Assembly: GCA_018606645.1 (NCBI GenBank)
Contig: JAGVRI010000008.1
Coordinates: 68,036 to 132,035 of the forward strand
DNA length: 64,000 nt
Direction: 5' to 3'
Origin: Chloroflexota bacterium
Lineage (GTDB): Bacteria; Chloroflexota; Anaerolineae; JAAYZQ01
Shown here: in pieces, positions 28,089 to 38,111 of the stretch
Layout of the letters: every line of letters begins with the position of its first letter
How positions within the stretch are numbered: the first letter of the stretch is position 1
Position numbers and translations under genes: made by a program
Notes under the pieces: generated by a model
Told to the model about the DNA's origin: nothing
Seen by the model: only the letters and a program-made list of their open reading frames with translations
Databases searched by the model: none

Positions 28089-29308
28089 GTAGATCCCAGA
28101 TGTCCATTCCCATGTCGTCTCCAGACATCACCGCCGCTGAGATCGAGGCGGTCAACCAGGTCCTCCGCACCCCGTATTTGAGTATTGGCCCTCAACTGGA
28201 ACAGTTCGAGCGGGCAGTGGCTTCCTATGTGGGTGTGGCCCACGCCATCGGCGTCAATTCTGGCACGAGCGGTCTGCACCTGTGCATGATCGCGGCTGGG
28301 GTTTCTGCCGGCGATCTGGTCATTACGTCGCCTTTCTCGTTCGTGGCTTCGGCCAACTGCATCCTGTACGAACGGGCGATTCCGGTCTTTGTCGATGTGG
28401 ACCCGGTGACGGGCAATCTGAATCCGGTCAGTGCAGCGGAAGCGGCTCACGACCTGAATCAGGGAGGGCGGATGGCCAAGCGCTGGCTTCCCCGATCGAT
28501 GGCTGACGCTCCGCGCGGCAAGCTGAAAGCCATCCTGCCGGTGCACTCCTTCGGACAACCTGCAGATATGGCACCGATCCTGGAGACCGCCCGCCAGCGT
28601 GGGGTGATGGTCGTCGAGGATGCGTGCGAGGCTTTGGGGGCGGAGTACCGGGGGCAGAAGGCCGGCACTCTGGGCACGGCGGCGGTTTTTGCGTTCTACC
28701 CGAACAAGCAGATCACCACCGGCGAAGGGGGTATGGTTGTCACCGACAGTGACCAGTGGGCGGCTCTCTTGCGTTCGCTGCGCAATCAGGGGCGCGACGT
28801 GTTCGACGCCTGGCTGAACCACACGCGCCTCGGCTACAACTACCGGCTGGATGAGCTGAGTGCGGCCTTGGGACTGGTGCAAATGGGGCGCATTGAAGAA
28901 CTGCTGGCGAAGCGCGAACGGGTGGCCGGCTGGTACAACGAGCGCCTAGCCGACCTGGAGTGGATCGAGCGGCCGCCCATCGTATCCACCACAACGCGCA
29001 TGTCGTGGTTTGTGTATGTCATCCGGGTCAGGCCGCCGATCAGCCGTGACGAGGTCATGCGCCGGCTGGCCGAGGTTGGCATCCCCAGCCGGCCTTATTT
29101 TACGCCGATCCATCTCCAGCCTTTTTACCGTCAGCGGTTTGGCTATCAACGCGGTGATTTCCCCGTGACCGAGTATCTGGGCGATGTGTGCCTGGCCTTG
29201 CCGTTTTCAAGTGTGATGCAGGAAGAGCAGGTGGACCAGGTGTGCGACCGGTTGCGGGCTGCGGTGATGGCGGCTCTTGGCAGTGCGGCGCCTGGTTCTG
29301 CCCCGTAG
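28085..29308 (+). CDS. DegT/DnrJ/EryC1/StrS family sugar aminotransferase
   Basis: NSGTSGLH, SFVASAN, EDACEALG, FYPNKQITTGEGG, GYNYRL. Confidence 0.93.
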   Translation: MSRSQMSIPMSSPDITAAEIEAVNQVLRTPYLSIGPQLEQFERAVASYVGVAHAIGVNSGTSGLHLCMIAAGVSAGDLVITSPFSFVASANCILYERAIPVFVDVDPVTGNLNPVSAAEAAHDLNQGGRMAKRWLPRSMADAPRGKLKAILPVHSFGQPADMAPILETARQRGVMVVEDACEALGAEYRGQKAGTLGTAAVFAFYPNKQITTGEGGMVVTDSDQWAALLRSLRNQGRDVFDAWLNHTRLGYNYRLDELSAALGLVQMGRIEELLAKRERVAGWYNERLADLEWIERPPIVSTTTRMSWFVYVIRVRPPISRDEVMRRLAEVGIPSRPYFTPIHLQPFYRQRFGYQRGDFPVTEYLGDVCLALPFSSVMQEEQVDQVCDRLRAAVMAALGSAAPGSAP

Positions 29309-29350
29309 CCGGGTTGGGGTCTCAGATTCTTATACGGTTCAAGTAGAACG

Positions 29351-31225
29351 ATGCTGGCTCTGCGCAACCGACACTTTTTTGTTATCGATCTGATCCTGCT
29401 ACCCGTCACTGCCGTGTTGGCCTTTGCGATACGGCTTGACGCCCGGGGGATGGAAAGGTATCTGTCGGCCATGGCGCTTTTTGTTGCTCTGGCCGTGCCG
29501 ATCAAGCTGATTATCTTCCGCTGGTTAGGGCTCTATCGGCGGTTCTGGCGCTTTGCCAGCGTGGATGAGCTGCTGCTGATTGCCATGGCGGTGGGCATGA
29601 GCCTGGTGATCATTTTGGCGCTCATCCTGGGGGTGATCGTGCCCTTTCAGTGGATCAAAGGCTTCCCCCGCTCTGTCCCGTTGATCGACGCCTTGCTGAC
29701 CTTCGGCGTGGTGGGCGGGCCGCGCTTTGCGGTGCGACTGGCCGAGAAGAGACATCAACAGGAAAGGCGTCGGAAATGGAAGGGGCCGGAAAAACGGGTG
29801 CTAGTCATGGGGGCCGGCAGCGCGGGGACGACCGTTGTCAAGGAGCTGCAGGCCAACCCTCACCTGGGATTGGTGCCCTTTGGATTTGTAGACGATGACC
29901 AGCAGAAGCACGGGGTCCAGATCCTGGGTCTGCCGGTCCTGGGGGGGAGGGAGCGCATCCCGGATTTGGCGCGGCGCTATCGTATCGATGAAGTGATCAT
30001 TGCCATGCCGGCCGCGCCGGGCGCGGTGGTGCGCGAGATCGTCAAGATCTGCCAGCAGGCCGGTGTTCAGGTTCGCACCGTTCCCGGTTTGTCCGAGATC
30101 CTCTCTGGTCGGGTCAGCATCAGTCAGGTGCGGAAGGTGGATGTCGAGGACCTGCTGCGTCGGGAGCCGGTACAAACCGATACTCTGGCGTCGGAGCGGA
30201 TGTTGCGCGACTGCCGGGTGTTGGTGACCGGGGCGGGAGGATCGATCGGAAGTGAACTATGCCGACAGATTGCTCGCTACCGCCCTGCCCTTCTCATCCT
30301 GGCCGGACATGGCGAGAATAGCATCTTTGCTATTGCGAATGAACTTCAGCGGCAGTGGCCCGAGTTCCCCATCCGCCGGGCCATTGTGGATATCCGCGAC
30401 TTCGACCGGCTAAGTCAAATCTATGAGACGTATCGGCCTCAAACAGTCTTTCATGCCGCAGCCCATAAACATGTCCCGTTAATGGAAGAGAATATCGCCG
30501 AGGCGATCACCAATAATGTGCAAGGAACAGCCAATCTCCTGCATCTGTCCGAACTCTATGGCGTGGAACGCTTTGTCCTCATCTCTACCGACAAGGCGGT
30601 GAACCCTTCCAGCGTCATGGGGGCAACGAAATGGCTGGCTGAACGGCTGGTCCAGGCGTCAGCGCGGCGGACCGGTTCCGCGTACGTCTCGGTGCGTTTT
30701 GGCAATGTGCTGGAAAGCCGGGGGAGTGTGGTGCTCCTCTTTCGGGAACAGATCGCCCGCGGAGGGCCGGTGACAGTAACTCATCCGGATGTGTGCCGCT
30801 ACTTTATGACTATACCTGAGGCGGTACAACTGGTCTTGCAGGCCGCGGCCCTGGGTCAGGGCGGCGAGGTCTTTGTCCTGGATATGGGGGAACCGATCCG
30901 GATTGCCGATCTGGCCCGGGACATGATCCACCTTTCCGGGTTGGAGGTGGGCCGGGATATCGAGATCGTGTATACCGGGCTGAGGCCGGGCGAAAAGCTG
31001 ATGGAGGAGCTGGTTGCACCGGGTGAACAGGTGGTGCCGACCTGTCACGACAAGATATTGTCCCTCAATGGGACCGGGGATTGGGGCACTGCGGAACTGG
31101 AGCAGGCGGTGCAGGGACTGATCCACCTGGCTCGCCACGGGGACGAAGGTCAAATCCGCGCTAAACTCCGGGAGCTGGTGCCGCATTACAAGCCCTGTCC
31201 CTCTGGGCCGGGAGGCCGGATGTGA
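29351..31225 (+). CDS. Membrane-bound UDP-GlcNAc 4,6-dehydratase (CapD/PglF/WbpM-like)
   Basis: 4 TM segments, GAGSAG, EDLLRR, TGAGGSIGSELCRQ, HAAAHKHVP, STDKAVNP, RFGNVL.SRGSV, GLRPGEKL. Confidence 0.93.
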   Translation: MLALRNRHFFVIDLILLPVTAVLAFAIRLDARGMERYLSAMALFVALAVPIKLIIFRWLGLYRRFWRFASVDELLLIAMAVGMSLVIILALILGVIVPFQWIKGFPRSVPLIDALLTFGVVGGPRFAVRLAEKRHQQERRRKWKGPEKRVLVMGAGSAGTTVVKELQANPHLGLVPFGFVDDDQQKHGVQILGLPVLGGRERIPDLARRYRIDEVIIAMPAAPGAVVREIVKICQQAGVQVRTVPGLSEILSGRVSISQVRKVDVEDLLRREPVQTDTLASERMLRDCRVLVTGAGGSIGSELCRQIARYRPALLILAGHGENSIFAIANELQRQWPEFPIRRAIVDIRDFDRLSQIYETYRPQTVFHAAAHKHVPLMEENIAEAITNNVQGTANLLHLSELYGVERFVLISTDKAVNPSSVMGATKWLAERLVQASARRTGSAYVSVRFGNVLESRGSVVLLFREQIARGGPVTVTHPDVCRYFMTIPEAVQLVLQAAALGQGGEVFVLDMGEPIRIADLARDMIHLSGLEVGRDIEIVYTGLRPGEKLMEELVAPGEQVVPTCHDKILSLNGTGDWGTAELEQAVQGLIHLARHGDEGQIRAKLRELVPHYKPCPSGPGGRM

Positions 31226-32445
31226 ACCCACAGAATCCAGAAGGGTTGGAATTGCTGGCGCGGTTATTGGCCGGCAATTCGCCGGGCGTGGAGATCGATT
31301 GGCAGGGGGTGCTTACGCTCGCTCGACGCCACGCGGTCCTGCCCCTTCTATACTGGGAGATCACCCGGCGCCAGGCCGCCGGCCTCTGGGACTTCTCGGT
31401 CCCCGGTGAGCTCTATGAGAAATTGCGCCGCGATTTTCTGGCAGCGGCGGCCCGGGCGATGGTGGCGGAGCGGCAATTGGCCCAGGTGCTCCAGGCGCTG
31501 GCCGAGGCCGGCGTGTCGACGCTGGTGGTCAAGGGCGCAGCAATGGGAGCCTACTATCCGGATCCGGCGCTGCGGAGCTACGGCGATCTCGATGTGGTGG
31601 TGCCCCACCATCAATTGGAGCAGGCAGCAACAGCGCTGTCCAGGATCGGCTATCGAGGTTCGGATCAGAAACAGTGGCGTCTGGCCCATCATTTTCATCT
31701 TTCGCCGTTGCATAGTGAGGATGGCCGACTGACCGTTGAGATCCACTGGCAGCTTGCCCGACCGAATCAACCATGGACCCTACCGATGGAGGAGCTATGG
31801 GCGCGGGCCATCCCCTGGTCGGTGGCCGGGCAACCCACGTTGCGCCTGGACGCGGTGGATACCGTGTTGTACCTGAGCCTTCATACCCTGATCCACCATC
31901 TGGCGCGGTTGGGATTGCGCCCACTATGCGATCTGAGACAGGTAATAAAGGACTGGGGGCCGCTTGAGTGGCAGGCCCTGGTCAGGCGGGCGGTGGAGTA
32001 TCGCTTGGCGCGGGCGGTGTATCTGATGTTGAGGCTGGCGGAGCAGATTTTGCAGGTCACGGTGCCGGCGCAGGTCAAAGAGGGCCTCGGTCCAGGCCTG
32101 GAGGAGCCCTCGTTGACGGAGTGGATCGCCGGCTTTCTGGCCTCGGACTCGCCATCGGCGCCGCACATGCCAGCCAGCGCCGTCCAGGCCTGGGCGCACG
32201 GGGCGGGGTCTAAGAAGTTCCGGTATTTGTGGCGGCGTCTGTATCCGCCGCGAGAGGAGATGGCATCCATTTATGGCATACCGCCGGATTCGCCCCGCAT
32301 CTGGTGGGCCTATCTGCAGCGTCCGTTTGATCTCCTCCGACGCTATCGCTCGGCCCTGGTACACATGGTCCGAAAGGACCCGAAGGCCATCGCCGTGTGG
32401 AAGCAGGAAACCTGGTTGAGGAAGTGGTTAGGGGAAGTGGCGTGA
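31222..32445 (+). CDS. Uncharacterised nucleotidyltransferase (NTP_transf_5-like)
   Basis: VVKGAA...YPDPALRSYGDLDVVV, VEIHW, LR.LCD. Confidence 0.8.
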   Translation: MNPQNPEGLELLARLLAGNSPGVEIDWQGVLTLARRHAVLPLLYWEITRRQAAGLWDFSVPGELYEKLRRDFLAAAARAMVAERQLAQVLQALAEAGVSTLVVKGAAMGAYYPDPALRSYGDLDVVVPHHQLEQAATALSRIGYRGSDQKQWRLAHHFHLSPLHSEDGRLTVEIHWQLARPNQPWTLPMEELWARAIPWSVAGQPTLRLDAVDTVLYLSLHTLIHHLARLGLRPLCDLRQVIKDWGPLEWQALVRRAVEYRLARAVYLMLRLAEQILQVTVPAQVKEGLGPGLEEPSLTEWIAGFLASDSPSAPHMPASAVQAWAHGAGSKKFRYLWRRLYPPREEMASIYGIPPDSPRIWWAYLQRPFDLLRRYRSALVHMVRKDPKAIAVWKQETWLRKWLGEVA

Positions 32446-32465
32446 CGGAGGGGCTGTCTACCAAG

Positions 32466-32493
32466 TTGTCCTTTCGCGGGAATATGGTATAAT
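32466..32493 (+). promoter_or_regulatory. Putative sigma70 promoter (extended -10) for the wzc block
   Basis: TTGTCC-16 nt-TATAAT with TG at 32485-32486. Confidence 0.6.
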
Positions 32494-32549
32494 CTTCCCG
32501 GGTCAGGTTGGCAGCGGCGGGTCGTCATATCCAAACGGAGAACGGATCA

Positions 32550-34253
32550 ATGGAACTTGTACAGTATTGGCACTTGGTGCGCAAATGGTTGTGGCTCATC
32601 GTCCTGGGGAGCGTTCTAGCTGGTGGTATGGCGTTTGTCGTCAGTCGAAACATGACGCCGGTCTATCAGGCCAACACGACTCTGCTGATCACGCCGGGCG
32701 GGGCGCAGGGGCTGGATAACTACACGAATCTCATGGCCAGCGAACGACTGGCCCGGACCTATGCACAATTGGTGGTCAGCCCCTCTATCCTGCAGCAGAC
32801 GTATCAGCGGGTAGCAGAAATCTGGGGCGCAGACGCAACTAACCGAAGACCACTCTCTGGCTTTTCGGTTTCCGCCGAACCGGTCCGGGACACCCAGCTC
32901 TTGCGCATCGCCGTCACCGGCACCGATCCGGAACTGATCGCCGTGGCAGCCAACACGGCGGCTCAGGTGTTCATCGAATGGCAGACCACGATCCGCAAGT
33001 CGCGGTATGCCGACGCCCAGGACAAGCTCACGGCCGAGATGCATCAGGTGGAGGCCAACATCCAGGAACTCGAAGCCCAGATCCAGGCGCTTGAGGCGGA
33101 AGAGAGTGAGGATAATGCGGAAACAGTGGCTCGCTTGCGGGAGGAACTGACCCGCTATCGCAGCAGTTACTCGGCCTTGCTGAACAGCTACTCCAGCCTC
33201 ACCCTGTCGGAAGCCAGTTCGGGGGATACGGTCACGGTCGTGTCGGAGGCGGTGCGACCGGCAGCGCCGATCCGTCCCCAGGTGATGCGGAACACGATAC
33301 TGGCGGCCATTGTCGGCGCCATGTTGGCCATCGGCGTGGCCTACCTGGTTGAGTACCTGGATGATACGGTCAAAACCCCTGATGACCTTCGGGTGGCCGA
33401 TCTGAATGTCGTCGCTGCGGTGCAGGAGATGCATCTCAATAGCAAAGGACCTGGCCGGGAACCGTTTGTCCTAAAGGAGCCGAAATCGCTCGTGGCCGAA
33501 GCGTATCGCACCCTCCGCACCAACCTGCAGTTCTCGTCCCTGGATCGTCCCTTGCGCAGCCTGGTGGTGACCAGCGCCGTAGCCACGGAGGGGAAAACGA
33601 CGACGGCTGCCAACTTGGCGGTGGTGCTGGCTCAGGCGGGCAAGCGGGTAGTGCTGGTGGACGCTGACCTGCGCCGTCCCTCTGCCCACAAGTTATTTGG
33701 CCTGTCCAATCGCGATGGACTGACCACGGCCCTGGTGCAGGACCCAGGCCAGTTGGATGGCTATCTGCAGGACACCCCAGTGGAGAACCTGCGGGTGTTG
33801 ACCTCGGGGCCGGTTCCGCCCAACCCCCAGGAACTGTTGGGGTCGCAGCGCATGGAGGAGCTGCTCCGCCAGCTCGAGCAGGCTTCTGACATTGTGCTGG
33901 TGGATACTCCACCCTCTCTGGTGGTTGCTGATGCCAACGTCTTGGCCGCTCGCACCGACGGGGTCTTGCTGGTGGTCAATGCCGGAACGACCCGCCGGGC
34001 GGCTATTCAGCAGGCGGTCGCCAGCCTGCGGCAGATCGGGGCCCACGTGGTGGGCGCTGTGCTCAACCGGGTGAATGTCCGGGGCGGCCGCGGGTACTAT
34101 TACTACTATTCCTACTACTCCCACTACTATCGTGACGAAGAGAAAGATGGCAGGCGCAATCTGATCGCTCGCCTGCGGCGTCGGAGGCCGCGTTCCACTC
34201 GCAGCGAATCGACCGAGGGTGTGCCGTCTGAGAGTCGGGAAAAGGAGGAGTAG
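32550..34253 (+). CDS. wzc: Polysaccharide co-polymerase / BY-kinase (Wzz-Wzc fusion)
   Basis: Wzz-like N-terminus with 2 TM segments and coiled coil; EAYRTLRTNL, Walker A EGKTT, VDADLRRP, VDTPP; C-terminal Tyr cluster YYYYYSYYSHYY. Confidence 0.92.
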   Translation: MELVQYWHLVRKWLWLIVLGSVLAGGMAFVVSRNMTPVYQANTTLLITPGGAQGLDNYTNLMASERLARTYAQLVVSPSILQQTYQRVAEIWGADATNRRPLSGFSVSAEPVRDTQLLRIAVTGTDPELIAVAANTAAQVFIEWQTTIRKSRYADAQDKLTAEMHQVEANIQELEAQIQALEAEESEDNAETVARLREELTRYRSSYSALLNSYSSLTLSEASSGDTVTVVSEAVRPAAPIRPQVMRNTILAAIVGAMLAIGVAYLVEYLDDTVKTPDDLRVADLNVVAAVQEMHLNSKGPGREPFVLKEPKSLVAEAYRTLRTNLQFSSLDRPLRSLVVTSAVATEGKTTTAANLAVVLAQAGKRVVLVDADLRRPSAHKLFGLSNRDGLTTALVQDPGQLDGYLQDTPVENLRVLTSGPVPPNPQELLGSQRMEELLRQLEQASDIVLVDTPPSLVVADANVLAARTDGVLLVVNAGTTRRAAIQQAVASLRQIGAHVVGAVLNRVNVRGGRGYYYYYSYYSHYYRDEEKDGRRNLIARLRRRRPRSTRSESTEGVPSESREKEE

Positions 34254-34254
34254 C

Positions 34255-36750
34255 ATGGGCGAGGGGCATCCTCAATCCAGCCCCCGACTGCGAGCGGTTT
34301 TTCTTGTTCTTCTTCCCGTTTTGGTACTCGTCATTGGATTGTTACAAGTTCAGCGGGCTGCTGCGGCCGACCCGAACTGTCCGGTTCCTCTGACCGAGCG
34401 GCAACGATATGGATTTGTGGCGACGTCCGCCAACTGGCCACAGCAGTTCGACTATGCGTCTCTCAATGCCGGCTGGGTGGTGGACTTTGCCTATCGGACC
34501 TACAGTGGGCCCCCGCCCGGTCTCGATCGGGCGTTGGTCATCCGCATCCACGAGGGCTATCGGGTGGACCCGGCACGGTTGGGCCCGGTGGTGGATAGCA
34601 ACCCGGGCGTCATCTGGCTGATCGGCAACGAGCCGGACTGTGTCTGGCAGGACAACGTCCGGCCCGAGGAGTACGCCCGCATCTACCATGACCTCTATGC
34701 TTTTATCAAGAGCCGGGATGCAAGCGGCCAGGTGGCAGCCGGGGGCATTGTCCAGCCGACACCCCTGCGCCTGGAGTACCTGAACCGGGTCCTGGCCGCC
34801 TACCAGGCCCGCTACCGGCAGGCGATGCCGGTAGATGTATGGAACATCCACAATGCCATACTCAACGAGGTGAGTTGTGACTATGATCCCGGCAACTGTT
34901 GGGGGGCGGGGATTCCGCCGGGCATTGACGCTCCATTTGGCGAGGTCCGGTTGATCGACGACAATGACAATATGACCCTGTTCCGCAATCAGATCTGGGC
35001 CTTCCGCCAGTGGATGGCCGACCATGGCTATGGCAGCTACCCGCTGATCGTCACCGAATATGGGGTCCTGATGCCGGCGAGTTATGGCTTTGGTCCGAGC
35101 CGGGTGAACACCTTTATGAACAACACTTTTGCCTTTTTCCAGAACACGACCCATCCCAGCCTGGGCGATCCGACGGACGGTTGGCGGCTGGTGCAGCGCT
35201 GGGCTTGGTTCAGTCTGGATGTGCCGCCCTGGAATCCGATGACAGGGGGCTTTAACGGCAACCTCTTTGATCCGGATACGACCTCGAAAACGGTCTATGG
35301 ACTGAACTATAGCAACCAGACGGGCGCGTTTCCTCCGGTGGAATATGCAGATCTGGCGCTGGGCGCCTGGCGGGTGGGGCCCACGGTGGATCTGGCCGGC
35401 CCTGGCCAGCCCATCACCTGGACGGTTCAGATTCGGATCGTGAACCTGGGGACGGCCGATGCGGGAGGGTTTACCGTTCGTCTGACGTACACCGGCCCGG
35501 TGAGCGGTGTGCTGGAACAGACGATGTCCGGCCTGGCTCACTCTTCGGCGGCGTGGCGTACGTTTGTCCTGTCTGACCTGCCAATGGGCCGCTATGACCT
35601 CTCCCTGGAGATCGACGCCGCCGCTCAGGTGAACGAATCGCGGGAGTGCAACAACCAGGCGATGATGACGCTCATCGCGCCGCAGTTCCGCTATCAGCTT
35701 CCACTGGTCCCGAACCTGCGGACGGGGGCGTCGGTGCAAGGCGTCGCTTCCTCGGCGCCCGTTCGGGAGTCGGGGGTTCCATCTAAAACGACAGAGGCTG
35801 CCTCGGTGGAGCCCGGCTTTCGGGAGTTCCCGGTGCCGACTGCGGCCAGCTACCCCGGGCAGATCGCCATCGACGGCCAGGGCCGGGTATGGATCACGGA
35901 GCGGGATGCCAATCAGATCGCCCGCTTTGATCCCCAGAGCGAGACCTGGGTGGAATACCCCATCCCCACCGCCAACAGTCAGCCGTGGGGACTGGCTGCC
36001 GATGGGCAGGGCAACATCTGGTTCGCCGAGACGGCAGCAAATCAGATCGCCCGGCTGGTGGAAGCCAGCGGCGCGGTCACCGAATATCCGGTTCCCACGC
36101 CCAACAGTCAGCCGTGGGAGGTGGCCGTCAGTGGGAACGTGGTCTGGTTCACGGAAAAGGCGGGGAACCGGATCGGCAACCTGGTACCGGGCACGGGAGC
36201 CGTCACCGAATATCTGGTTCCGACCGCGAACGCCGAACCCCGCGGACTGGCGGTTTCGGGCAATGAGGTATGGTTTGTCGAGGGCGCGGCGAACAAGCTG
36301 GGCCGGTACAATATCAGTACCGGGCAATTCTTCGAGGTGGCCAGGCCAGCCGGCAGTCTCCCCCAGGACATTGTGTTAAATCCAGTCGGCCAACCCTGGT
36401 TCACCGAAGCGGGCGGGAATCGGATAGTCAAGTTCGAGCCGTCTACCGTTGGGTGGTGGATCGTCATCAACGCGGTGACGCCCAACAGCGAACCGTACGG
36501 CATCGCCATGGAAGGCAGCAAGGCGGTGTGGTTCACGGAACGTGCCGCGAATCGACTGGCGCGCTATGATGCTGCTCGCAACCGCATCTTTGAGTATGTG
36601 CTCCCCACGCCCAACAGCGCCCCGACCGGGGTGGTGGTGGACGGCAATGGTTGCGCCTGGTACGCTGCCCCCGGGGCCAATCGCATTGCTCGCCTGTGCC
36701 CCCCGCCGAACCGCTTCACCTATATCCCGGTGATCTACAAACGCTGGTAG
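34255..36750 (+). CDS. Secreted multidomain protein: clan GH-A-like domain, CARDB-like domain, Vgb-like beta-propeller
   Basis: Signal peptide; IGNEPD and IVTEYG motifs; NLGTADAG...ESRECNN; about 7 repeats of EYPVPT.NS.P.G.A....WF.E..AN.I. Confidence 0.75.
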   Translation: MGEGHPQSSPRLRAVFLVLLPVLVLVIGLLQVQRAAAADPNCPVPLTERQRYGFVATSANWPQQFDYASLNAGWVVDFAYRTYSGPPPGLDRALVIRIHEGYRVDPARLGPVVDSNPGVIWLIGNEPDCVWQDNVRPEEYARIYHDLYAFIKSRDASGQVAAGGIVQPTPLRLEYLNRVLAAYQARYRQAMPVDVWNIHNAILNEVSCDYDPGNCWGAGIPPGIDAPFGEVRLIDDNDNMTLFRNQIWAFRQWMADHGYGSYPLIVTEYGVLMPASYGFGPSRVNTFMNNTFAFFQNTTHPSLGDPTDGWRLVQRWAWFSLDVPPWNPMTGGFNGNLFDPDTTSKTVYGLNYSNQTGAFPPVEYADLALGAWRVGPTVDLAGPGQPITWTVQIRIVNLGTADAGGFTVRLTYTGPVSGVLEQTMSGLAHSSAAWRTFVLSDLPMGRYDLSLEIDAAAQVNESRECNNQAMMTLIAPQFRYQLPLVPNLRTGASVQGVASSAPVRESGVPSKTTEAASVEPGFREFPVPTAASYPGQIAIDGQGRVWITERDANQIARFDPQSETWVEYPIPTANSQPWGLAADGQGNIWFAETAANQIARLVEASGAVTEYPVPTPNSQPWEVAVSGNVVWFTEKAGNRIGNLVPGTGAVTEYLVPTANAEPRGLAVSGNEVWFVEGAANKLGRYNISTGQFFEVARPAGSLPQDIVLNPVGQPWFTEAGGNRIVKFEPSTVGWWIVINAVTPNSEPYGIAMEGSKAVWFTERAANRLARYDAARNRIFEYVLPTPNSAPTGVVVDGNGCAWYAAPGANRIARLCPPPNRFTYIPVIYKRW

Positions 36751-36758
36751 AGCCTGGT

Positions 36759-38111
36759 GTGAGTCCTCAGACCCCTCGTCCGATCGAGCGCAAGAGCGCT
36801 CCCCCTTGGCTGGTCTGGCTGGAGATCGGAATGGTCTCCTTGGCCGCCCCGTTTTTGCTCTTCCCGACCTTCCAACGGCGTGGGACGGTCACCGCTCTGG
36901 CTGCCCTAATCCTGGTCTGGATGTTCCGATGGTTGGTCACCGGCCGGCCCGGCGCCCCGACTCCTTTGGATGTCTCGCTGCTGGTGTTGAGCCTGACGAT
37001 TCCCATTGCCGTCTGGGCCTCGGCCTTGCCAGAAGTGACCCTTCCCAAACTGACCGGCCTGATCCTGGGGCTGGCCGTCTTGCGGCTGACCACTGCCGCC
37101 GTGCGCACGCGGCGCGGTCTGACAGGTGCGACGGCTGCCTTTCTGGTCGTTGGTCTGGGGGTGGCGATATTCGGGGCGCTGGCTACGGCATGGCCAGACA
37201 AGTGGCGGGCGGTGGAATTCTTGCTGAATGCTCTCCCGCAATGGTTGCAAGGCCTGCCGGGTGCTGAAGCGGGCATCAACCCCAACGAGTTGGCCGGCGC
37301 GTTGATCATGGTGATACCGGTGTCATTGGCAATGCTTGTGGCGCCGACGGCCGGACATCCATGGCGCGGTTGGGCGGTGCGCCTCCTGGGATTGTTCCTT
37401 TCGCTGTTCCTGGGTGTCTTGCTTTTCCTCACTCAATCGCGCAGTGCCTGGATTGGCCTGGCCGTGGGGTTGGCGACGATGATCGGCCTCCGCTGGCGCT
37501 GGGCGCGCATTCTGCTTGCGGGTGCACTCGCGGCGGTGGTCCTCATCCTGTGGCGGCTGGGACCTGAATCGGTTATGCAAAGGCTCTTTCAGGTGGTGAA
37601 TCAGAGCGAAATCGGGGGACTGGTCGGCACAGTCAGCCTTGAGGGACGGATGGAGATATGGAACCGGGCGCTATATGCCATCCAGGACTTTCCGTTCACC
37701 GGCACGGGGTTGGGGACCTTTCGCCAGGTGGTACGAGTGCTATATCCTCTGTTTCTGATCGGTCCGGATTTTGACATCGGCCATGCCCACAATGTGTTCC
37801 TGCAAGTGGCGCTGGACCTGGGGCTGCCGGGGCTGATCGCCTATCTGGCGCTGGTAGGGACGGCCGGATGGTTCTGCTGGCGGGCCGCGCAGTCTGCAAG
37901 GAGCCCGGACCGATGGCTGGCCGTTGGCGTACTGGGTTCTCTGGCCGCGTTCCACACCTACGGAATGACCGATGCCATTGCTCTGGGCGCCAAGCCGGGC
38001 GTGGTCTTTTGGTTGCTGGTGGCCCTGGCCGTGCTTCTGGGGACGATCGGCCAGAGAGCAGAAACGGATTCACACGAAACCATGACATCGGCTGAGGCAG
38101 CAGACGGATGA
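36759..38111 (+). CDS. O-antigen ligase / O-oligosaccharyltransferase family protein (Wzy_C)
   Basis: NPNELAG, LTQSRSAW, R.EIW.RA, PFTGTGLGTF, HAHNVFLQVALDLGLPGL. Confidence 0.88.
   Translation: MSPQTPRPIERKSAPPWLVWLEIGMVSLAAPFLLFPTFQRRGTVTALAALILVWMFRWLVTGRPGAPTPLDVSLLVLSLTIPIAVWASALPEVTLPKLTGLILGLAVLRLTTAAVRTRRGLTGATAAFLVVGLGVAIFGALATAWPDKWRAVEFLLNALPQWLQGLPGAEAGINPNELAGALIMVIPVSLAMLVAPTAGHPWRGWAVRLLGLFLSLFLGVLLFLTQSRSAWIGLAVGLATMIGLRWRWARILLAGALAAVVLILWRLGPESVMQRLFQVVNQSEIGGLVGTVSLEGRMEIWNRALYAIQDFPFTGTGLGTFRQVVRVLYPLFLIGPDFDIGHAHNVFLQVALDLGLPGLIAYLALVGTAGWFCWRAAQSARSPDRWLAVGVLGSLAAFHTYGMTDAIALGAKPGVVFWLLVALAVLLGTIGQRAETDSHETMTSAEAADG

Noticed and set aside
34095..34130. TAC/TAT trinucleotide run as a contingency repeat
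   Set aside because: It encodes the normal C-terminal tyrosine cluster of a BY-kinase.
34342..36327. 661-aa minus-strand ORF and other long antisense ORFs (39161-40297, 43789-44841, 27932-28882, 41472-42392)
   Set aside because: They lie opposite well-supported genes, have no recognisable motifs, and are expected shadows of high-GC codon bias.
35820..36700. Regularly spaced DNA repeats (CCCAC.CCAACAG...) suggesting a CRISPR array
   Set aside because: They are codon-level repeats of a beta-propeller of about 42 aa per blade in an open frame; there are no unique spacers with identical repeats and no cas genes.
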